In this document: piece after piece, positions 54,156 to 64,000 of the stretch
How the letters are laid out: every line of letters begins with the position of its first letter
Position numbering within the stretch: the stretch's first letter is position 1
NCBI RefSeq assembly: GCF_006345805.1
Contig: NC_043003.1
Coordinates: forward strand, 69,130,001-69,194,000
Source: Octopus sinensis
Lineage: Eukaryota
Length of the DNA stretch: 64,000 nt
Reading direction: 5' to 3'
Translations under genes and position numbers: made by a program
Notes under the pieces: generated by a model
Seen by the model: the letters and a program-made list of their open reading frames with translations, nothing else
The model's database searches: none
Told to the model about the DNA's origin: nothing

Positions 54156-54175
54156 AAGTAGTAAGCGCCACCATT
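53700..54175. repeat. Mosaic trinucleotide low-complexity tract (GTA/GTG/GCA)n
   Basis: Direct reading. Confidence 0.95.
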
Positions 54176-54840
54176 GTAGTAGAAGTAGAGTAAATAGGAC
54201 CGTTAGTTTAAGATAGATCGTTAGTAACTTGTCATTAATATTTAGCAAGAACTTGATACAACAATAAACCATTCAGTATGGTTTGTGTTCACACCCACTC
54301 TCTCTCTCTCTCTCTCTCTTTTCTCTCTTCTCTCTCTCTCTCTCTTCTCTCTCTCTCTGTATCTATCTATCTCCTTTATCTCTCTGATATCTCTCTTATC
54401 TGATAGTCTCACTCACTCACTCGCTCGCTCGCTCCTTCCCGCTGTCTTTCGTTCATAATCTTCCTTCCTTCAATTTCTTTCATTTTTCTCTCTTTTGCTG
54501 TAACATGTCAAGGAGCCCTGGTCACTCCGAACTTCAAAGACAAGCGGGAAAAAATGAATTATTAATTAACGATGAGAAAAGGAAAACAATGCGTCGAAAA
54601 ACAAGAGAGATACAGGGCGAGAATAAGATGTGTAAACACTATTCCTACCTTTGATTGAAACGGAGCAAATATTTCGCATTAATAATTGGATTACCAATGC
54701 CTACACACTCAGAGACACCGGCGCACGCACAGTGCACACGTCTTATATATATATATATATATATTATATATAGATATATATATATATATTATATATATAT
54801 AGATATCTATATATATATATATATATATATACATATATAC

Positions 54841-55520
54841 AAGTGGGCTGAAAAGAATAGCATGCAGTTCAATGCTGAAAAGTTTCAAGCTTTATGCTAT
54901 CAGCATGCAAAACTGAATGCAATACCCAATGAATACACTGGACCCAGAGGGATCGCAATCCCAGAGGCACAATCAGTGCGTGACCTGGGTATTTACATGA
55001 GCGATGACGCAAGCTTTCATGTACATGTTGCTAAACTGGCAATGAAATGTAGACGGCTGGCCGGATGGATTCTTAGAACCTTTAGAACAAGAGAACAAGA
55101 AACCATGATGGTCCTCTGGAAGACACTTGTCCTAAGCCACTTTGACTATTGCTCTCAGCTATGGTCACCATCCAGTGTCAAGTTGATCACAGAACTTGAG
55201 GCGATCCAACGAAGCTACACGAAGAAGATAGCCTCTGTGCAGCATATAAGATACTGGGAAAGACTCAAGAGATTAAAACTCTATTCCTTGGAGCGTAGGC
55301 GAGAAAGATATGCCATGATATACATCTGGAAGATCCTGGAAGGACTTGTCCCAAACTTTGGCATCGAGAGTTACACAAATGCCAGAACTGGGCCCCACTG
55401 CGTGGTGCCAAGGACTCCAAATTTGCCATCAAGATGTAGGACAAGATACTGTGATAGCCTGGGCTTCAGAGGCCCACAGCTCTTCAATATCCTCCCGAAG
55501 AACCTGAGGGACCTGCATCA
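54841..55520 (+). pseudogene. CR1-like LINE RT C-terminal fragment
   Basis: Open frame: [67 protein letters not shown]. Preceded by (TA)n. Confidence 0.88.
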
Positions 55521-55816
55521 AACTCTTTCATGCACCAAATGGCAGTTGCTAAAAAGCATTCGTGAGGTAAAATCATGTAGCAACACCAAATGGCGGTGCC
55601 CCAGCATGGCCACAGCTCTAGAGCTGAAACTGGAAAACATAAAACATATATATATACACAGACACACACACACACATACACACACATACACACACACACG
55701 CACACATATATATATATATATACATATATACATATATATATACACACATATATACATATATATACACACACATGCACATATGTATATACATGTATATACA
55801 CAGACACCACACACAC

Positions 55817-55889
<73 letters not shown>

Positions 55890-55890
<1 letters not shown>

Positions 55891-57100
55891 TACAGAAGAT
55901 TTGGGATTTGAGACAAGATTTGGGGTTATCAGTCTGTATATGAAAAGTAAAGTGTTGATCCATTAAATACTTCATAATGATATATGTGTCAAATAAATAT
56001 TCGATATAGGAGAAATATCTGTCTGGTACTGACACAGTGAGAGAAATGTCTGCCAGTTCGGTAATAAAAACTTGTTGAGATGCATACATCTTGTAAAAGT
56101 CTCTGGTCTTTGAGTCTGAAAGCACATTGTGCTGTAAGGACCCAAAAAGAAGCATGGACACGTTACTTACAGAAATGGGGATGTCTTTGCGATGGTGGAC
56201 CGATCTGGAACATCTTCCTAGTTCTATCATGAACATCAAGAAAGAAGAACCATCTTTTTGTTACGGGACCCTATCAAAAATAGCTGAATCGACTGCTCCC
56301 TTATCTACAGTAAGATTAGGTTCATTGTTACTGGACTTATTCAAAACGTTTTCTGAAGCGTCTTTCAAAATGTTTGTAACTAAATTATTAACTTGTGTGC
56401 ACATAGGTTGAGCGAGGCTATATTCTTGAGAGAGGCCAAGTCCCTCACCATTTATATTATCGTGAAAATCAATGAAGCCTGCATTGTAGATTTTTACTGT
56501 GTACCTTATTTCCATGACAGGGTACATCTGTTGACTTTAAAACTTGAAACCTTCGCAATGTCATCACGGAGCTAAAGCTGAAGTAGACCGAATGGACCAC
56601 AAGTTTTAACAACATGATAAAAAAATTATCAAAACATCTTCGTTGCTTGAAACCCCGAAGCTTCTACCTATCTTTCATCCCCCTGAAAATCATTCTCCTA
56701 CAATCCAATCATAAACATATCTCTGTATTGATGGTGGAAACTTAACCATATACAATTCGTAGATCTTGAAATTAATTTGAACCTCGTACTTAATGGAGAA
56801 GTAGAAAGAAGCATTTATACTGACTAATGTGTACATTGTACACTCTTTCAATGACATTGTCAAAACGTATGCCAAGTTAGTTTTCAGCATAGGCACTTTG
56901 CTTTCTTCGTCATCATTGCTTGTTGTTCCTTTTATAATAGCATAGAATCTGATGATACAGAAAAGTTTTTACAAAGGGATTTCACTGGCACACCTTTTGG
57001 AAAAGGATGTAAGCGTTGCATTTCTTGGAATTTGTGCTTATTGGAAAGTAATTGCTTGTCTGGCCATTTTCCAAGTGAACAGCAAGTCGTTTAGTGCTCT
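55890..57100 (-). pseudogene. Degraded coding-like sequence of unknown origin
   Basis: Consecutive minus-strand open stretches (56690-56896, 56261-56527, ~55890-56239) with non-repetitive composition, bounded by microsatellites. I do not recognise the family. Confidence 0.3.
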
Positions 57101-58292
57101 CTCTCATTCTCCCTCTCTCTCTTTCATTCCTCTCTCTCTCTCTTTCATTCCTCTCTCTCTCTCTTTCATTCCTCTCTCCGTACAACCACAACACAAATTA
57201 TATATTCATATATATATATATATTTATATATATACATACATATATATCAAATATATAGATATATAATATCTATATATAATATATATATATATATATTATA
57301 TATATAATATATATATATAATATATATATAATATAATATATATATATACATACGTACAGATCATTATATATGGTTCCATTAAGAGAGATGTTTTTGATTG
57401 TGTGCGCGCGCATGTGTGTGTGTGTGTGTGTGAGTTTACGCTTAAATCTATTTTCATTTAATGGGATCTGCATTTAAAGAAAGATGTTATGTATGAGTGA
57501 CTGCATGATAGTGTGACGCTACTGTATTCCATCAGGCGTGCCGCACTACCTGATGTCAAGACCCCATGGCAGTATATTTCGACAGATGGGTCACTTAATG
57601 TGTAATCTCAGCCCCTTTTATGTCGACACAGATCGACATAAGATTGAATCGAGTCAGTACACCACTGATAATATTTTAACGAACCTCCAAGAATAAAAGG
57701 AGAAAAAAACTGGCCTTGGTGGGATTTGAACGTAAAGACCCTGAAATCGGAAGATATATAGCTTGAACAAATACCGCAAGGTATTTTGCCGGTCAGTCAA
57801 ATGATTTTACCGATTCACTGCTCTTATTTCTTACCCGGGCACAATAATTAAAAGACCTTCGTTCGGGGGTTGAGGACTCATTATATTGCCCTTAGCACTT
57901 GACTGCTACTTATTTTAACGACCCTGGGAGAATATTAGACAAAGTCGACTCCGAAGGGGAAATAAGTGCAACAATACATTGTTGTTAAGATTAGAATTAA
58001 ACGAATATGCTAGCTATGATGGACTAAAGAAGTTCACTGCCGGCAGCTTATCTCTTTCTTCGGAGACATTGGCTTTCACGTCGACATTGAAAACAATTAC
58101 ATTGTTTAAGTTTAAAATATACAATTTTACTCCAGAGCTTTATAGAAAAGTGAAACCTCAGGCGAAGTGGAAAACGGAGAGAAGGAAATTTTGCATTCAT
58201 TTCTAAAGAAAACATTTGTTGCATTGAAATTGTCTTATTCACCCAAAGACTTGGCTATTACAAGCAAGCTCTGAGTACGTGTGTGTGTGTAT

Positions 58293-58341
<49 letters not shown>

Positions 58342-58567
58342 ATTGTGTGTATGTGAGACAGAGAGAGACAGACAGACTGACAGAGACAGAAGGAGAGAGA
58401 GTGTGTATGTATGTGCATATGTATGTAATATATGGTTATGTGTTACGTATGTATTTGATTTTATGTATGAATGTACATATGTATATTCTACATACTCACA
58501 CACGAGCACGCACTCACACACGCGTACACACTCACACACACACGCGTATGTCCCCGTGCATATATAA

Positions 58568-58606
<39 letters not shown>

Positions 58607-58630
58607 TATATAATATGTGTGTGTGTAAAC

Positions 58631-58676
<46 letters not shown>

Positions 58677-58710
58677 ATATATAGTTTCAAAATAAATGTA
58701 TGTTTATATT

Positions 58711-58748
<38 letters not shown>

Positions 58749-58904
58749 CTTCCTTTCTTTTATTTGTTTCAGTCATTTGACTGTGGCCGTGCTGGAGCAC
58801 CGCTTTTAGTCGAACAAATCGACCCCAGCCTAGTACTTATTCTATCGGGTCTTTGGCCAAACCGCTAAGTTGCGGGGACGTAAACACATCAGCAACAGTG
58901 GTGG

Positions 58905-58935
<31 letters not shown>

Positions 58936-59256
58936 CACAACGGGCTTCTTTCAGCTTCTGTCTACCAAATCCACTCACAAGGCTTTAGTCGGCCCGAGGC
59001 TATAGTATAAAAACACTTGCCCAAGGTGCCACGCAGTAAGACTGAACCCGGAACCATGTGGTTCGTAAGCAAACTACTTACCACACAGCCACTCCTATGC
59101 CTATATGTATATATATAGAATAAGATAAACCTAAAAAAAATAGATATCCACGGTAATTAAGAACTCAATAATACACATACACACACACATGACATCATAT
59201 AAACGGCAAAAAGTGGAATAATATGTGTGTGTATGTGTGTATGTATGTATGTGTGT

Positions 59257-59329
<73 letters not shown>

Positions 59330-59727
59330 ACTGTGCGCAAATGCAAATGTGCTGATATGTATAAAATTTGTATCTGCGTATGTAAGAGGTTAATGTGGAC
59401 GTGTGAGTGTATATGAGTGTGCCGGTAGAAATTTCTTTGTGTGCGTTTCATTGTGAAATATAGGAATCCTCTCATTTGTACGATTTGAGAATCGGAAGTG
59501 CTTAAGATACTCGAACTCCTGTCTAGAATGTCTGGCTGTGTGTCTGTATTCAAATAATACAGAGGTGTGTGCGCGCGTGTATGCATGTATGAGTACATGT
59601 ATACATCTGCATACGTATGTATATATATAATATATATATGTATAATATAATATATATATATATATATATATTATATTATATTATATATATATTATATATA
59701 TATAATCTATATATATTATATATATAC

Positions 59728-59876
59728 GGAGTAAACACATAAATGTGAAACAAGGTGGAAAAAAGAGTACTTCAATACCAGTGGTAGAGTAATATGCTTT
59801 ATTTAAAGGCAGCATAAAATTCAACCAAAATCTGTTACTATGAGTTTCTCGTTGCCGTTCATCAGACAGTTTTTGT
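59728..59876 (-). mobile_element. pLTR-like fragment with a hammerhead at 59832-59870, between (TA)n tracts
   Basis: Minus strand: CTGT CTGATGA ACG-gcaa-CGA GAAA CT-cat-AG TA ACAG, with one mismatch at the base of stem II. Confidence 0.55.
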
Positions 59877-60113
59877 ATATATATATATATATATATATAT
59901 ATACTATATATATACATATATATTCTTTTATTCTTTTGTTTCAGTTATTTTGACTGCGGCGATGCTGGAGCACCACCTTTAGTCGAACAAATCGACCTTG
60001 GGACTTATTCTATGTAAGCCAGTAGTTATTATACCGCTAAGTTACGGGTACGTAAACACACCAACATCGGTTGTCAAGCGATGGTGGGGGGACAAACACA
60101 GACACTCAAACAT

Positions 60114-60144
<31 letters not shown>

Positions 60145-60980
60145 CATATGATGGGCTTCTTCCAGTTTCCATCTGCCAAATCTATTCACAAGGCTTTGGT
60201 CGGCCCACGGTTTATAGAAGAAGATACTTGCCCAAGGTACCACGCAGAGGGACTGAACCCGGAACCATGTTGTTGGGAAGCAAGTTTTGCAAACATATGC
60301 TTTTGGGTTCAGTCTTACCGCGCGGCACTTTGGGCAACCACCCATCAATGCTTGTGAGTTAATTTCATAGACCGAAAAACTGTGCGAAAGCTAGTCATCA
60401 ATCTATGTGTGTGTGTGTGTGAGTGAGTGCGTGGGGGGAGCGGATGTATGTGTGTGTGAGTGCGTGGAGGGAGCGGATGTATGTGTATATGTGTGTACTT
60501 GTGTATGTGTGTATATGTGTGTGTGTGCATGTGTGTATGTGTGCGTATGTGTATGTATGCGTGTTTTGAACGTGAGGGAATGAGTGGGTGTATGCATGTG
60601 CATATGTACATACGTGTGTGTAAGTGTGAATGTTTGTGTTTGTCCCCACCCACCCACTCACCGCTTGACAACCGTTACTGGTTTGTTTACGTCTCCGTTT
60701 TCTAGCAGTTAGACAAAAGATACGGATAGATTAAGTACCAAACGTAAATACTGGAGTAAATGTGTTCGGGTAAGCCTACAAGGTGAGGCTCCAGCATGGC
60801 CGCAGTCCAATGACTGTAACATGTAGAAGAATAACAGATCGAAGATTATATCAAACAGAACAGGCAGCGCACATGACCCTTTATATGAATAGGGAGAATA
60901 AAAGAGTGGGTTACCCTCGGGCATGAGTTGGGTCCCAAATGCTTACAACAGGGTTAACTCCATTAAATGCGTCTAATGGT

Positions 60981-61080
60981 NNNNNNNNNNNNNNNNNNNN
61001 NNNNNNNNNNNNNNNNNNNNNNNNNNNNNNNNNNNNNNNNNNNNNNNNNNNNNNNNNNNNNNNNNNNNNNNNNNNNNNNN
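60981..61080. other. Assembly gap (100 N)
   Basis: Run of N. Confidence 1.
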
Positions 61081-61699
61081 ACCTGAAGCTATAGTAGAAG
61101 ACTTGCCCAAGGTTCCAAGCAGTGGGACTGAACCCGGGACCATGTGGTTGGTAAGCAATCTACTTACCACACAGCTACTCCTATATTACTAGAAATAAGT
61201 GGCTCCGAGGCCTTGTCTCCCTACGCATGGGTTTTTCCATATTATGTCCTTCAACTTCAGCTCGTTGCTGTGTCTCATCTCTTCCATATCTACCCATTTC
61301 TGTCCGGATCTTGTGATCCATTCTTGCTAAACTATCACCGGTTTTCTCTTACCAGCTCTTTTCAACGTTCCCTAGCTACGCGCACACACACACACACACT
61401 CACAAATGCACATACATCTCCGTATCCGGAAGATTCGCCATTAAGACAAATTCGCCCTATGGTCAATGATAAACCGTATTATATCAGCATTTTTTAGAAT
61501 AAAAAATAAAATATCGTAATAAATAGATATAAAAGCATTAAATAGGCAAGTCTTTATTCAACGACAAACATTAAAAAACGAGACGAGGTCACTTAGAAAT
61601 TTCTTACGGCGATTTTTCCTTCGGCAAAAATCTTTATGACGATTTTTCCTTCGGCAAAAATGTTTACGGCGAAATTTCGTATAACCATATATCGCAGCC

Positions 61700-61831
<132 letters not shown>

Positions 61832-62726
61832 TTTCTGAACCCATGCACAAGTTGACACATGTATTTCTACACGTAAGTAGATTATGAAATTAAATGACAT
61901 TCATAGCTAAAATCAACAACTTTCAAACATGTACTTATATACATGTATACACACACAAATCTTGGTGTTACCAACCAATACAGTGCATTGGATGACTTTA
62001 TTGCGTGTATGGAAATACACACAGATTTTACTAAATCTTTTAACTTATAATTAAGTTTAATGCTTTTAATTTACTTACATATTCGTAGATGATATATTCT
62101 CAGGTTTGTTTACTTACTTAATCACATTCCGAAGTCTGTTATTTTTGTTGATGTTGTTGTGGTTGTGGCTAACAAGATGTTTATCATTATATTACGTACA
62201 GTAATTTTTTCAAGTTAATATTTAAAAAGGAGGTCGACTTTGCTTTTCATCTTTTCGGCGTCAATAAATTAAGTATCAGTTGCGTACTGGGGTCGATCTA
62301 ATCGACTGGCCCGCTCCCAAAAAATTTCGGGCCTTGTGGCTAGTGTAGAAAAGAATATTTAGATAGGAGATGATAGCATAAAAAGCTATAAAGATGCATC
62401 CATTACTCCCTACCACTAAATGTCCTTAGGGCCGATAGAGAGAAAGAGTATGTGAGAGAGAGAGAGAGAGAGATAGGTAGATAGACAGACAGACAGGCAG
62501 ACATACAGATAGAGAGAGAGAGAGAGAGAGAAAGACAGACAGACAGGCAGACAGACAGACAGACAGATATCTATATATACAGACAGACAGATAGATAGAT
62601 AGACAGACAGGCAGATGGATAGACAGACAGACAGACAGATAGAAAAACAGACAGACAGACAGATATACAAAGACAGACAGACAGACAGATAGAGAGAGAG
62701 AGAGACAGATAAACAAACAGGCAGGC

Positions 62727-62757
<31 letters not shown>

Positions 62758-62781
62758 TAGACAGACAGACAGACAGGTAGG

Positions 62782-62856
<75 letters not shown>

Positions 62857-64000
62857 TCCTTTGCATTCTGACTTTTTGGGTGGCAGTAGTTACCGGTCAA
62901 CGCCTGTTCATAAAATCGTTTGGCCGATGGTCACTATGTTACTATCAATGCCCAATGTCCGCTTTTGGTATTAATCCTTTCGACTATTCGACAGTCTCGG
63001 AGTCCCTAAAATCATGGTTTCAATCTTTTGGCACAAAACCTGCAATCTTCGGACAAGGTCAACAATTTCGGGCTGGTGGCCTTGTGCCATCCCAAAAGGA
63101 TGAACTGTAAAGTCGATCTCAGTGCAATTTGAACTCAAGACGTAAAGAATCGGAATAAATGGCGGTAAGCTTTTTCTCCGTTACACTAATGATCCTGCCG
63201 GCTGGTCACCTTTTAATAATGATTTAAAACTTCGGTACAAGTCCAGCAATTCCGAGGGGATGGGCTAAGTCGACCCCAGTATTCAACTGGTGTTTATTTC
63301 AGGGACCCCGAAGCGATGAAAGGCAAGGTCGACTTCGGAGGAATTTGAATTGAGAACGCAGTGTCGGAAGAAATTCCGCTAAGTAATTTATCCGACATGC
63401 AAACGATTCAGCCAGTTAGCTATCTTCTAATAACTATTTCAAGTTTTGGCACACCATCCCCAGTTCTTCGGAGCAGCATTATTTTATCGACCCAGGAAGG
63501 ATGAAAAGCAAAGATGACATCAGCAAGGATACGAAATCAAAAAGTAAAGCAGCAGAACACATATTACAATGCATTTTTTCTGACGCTCTAACCATTCTTC
63601 CACCTCACGCAACCTTGGGTCCCTAAAATGAAAGGATCTTGGACAGGCGTTGCTTTTCCTTCCTTTATCTACTACATATGTGGGTATGGGTAATTCTGTC
63701 TGTGAGTGTGTTTGTGGAGTTTTTAGCTAACTCTTCCTACATCGTTTTATCGATTTTGATGAAACTTGACACGTGAATAGAACTCATGTCTGGAAACTTC
63801 ATGTGCAGATTGTTGAAAAACTCGATAATAGGGCCCCTGGAAGGGATCCTTATATATATATATATAATATATTTTATTGTAAAAGCCAAGGGAAATAACC
63901 CATTCGCCCCTGGAAGGGATCCTTGTACATAGCCAAGGAAAATAGCCCATTTATTTTCCTAAATTATTTGGTATAAATCAAATTGAGTATACTTATTTCT

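Noticed and set aside
53646-54272. Poly-Val/Gly/His/Thr ORFs
   Set aside because: They are translations of trinucleotide microsatellites.

Overview
This is eukaryotic, AT- and microsatellite-rich DNA. The tRNA-derived SINE families and the (TA)n/(CA)n/(TAGA)n load suggest a cephalopod, probably Octopus (inference from pattern recognition, not a database search). The only host gene I can support is two small minus-strand exons (17131-17184, 14585-14670) encoding part of the BAR domain of an ASAP-family ArfGAP, so the window is probably mostly intron. The rest is mobile DNA: a Tx1/L1-type LINE inside a (TATC)n tract, R4/Dong-type LINEs inside (TAA)n, CR1-like fragments, two Tc1/mariner fossils, MITEs, many SINEs and a 32-bp minisatellite with higher-order repeats. 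The main finding is a non-coding array at 24725-28965 of about 7.3 tandem ~533-bp units. Each full unit carries a complete type I hammerhead ribozyme, and the array is preceded by an inverted partial copy and flanked by (TA)n. This is a retrozyme / Penelope-pLTR-like element. An unrelated ~364-bp hammerhead repeat at 45716-46520 has the same architecture, and several more hammerhead-bearing fragments are scattered through the window. All RNA structures were paired by eye and none has been tested for activity.
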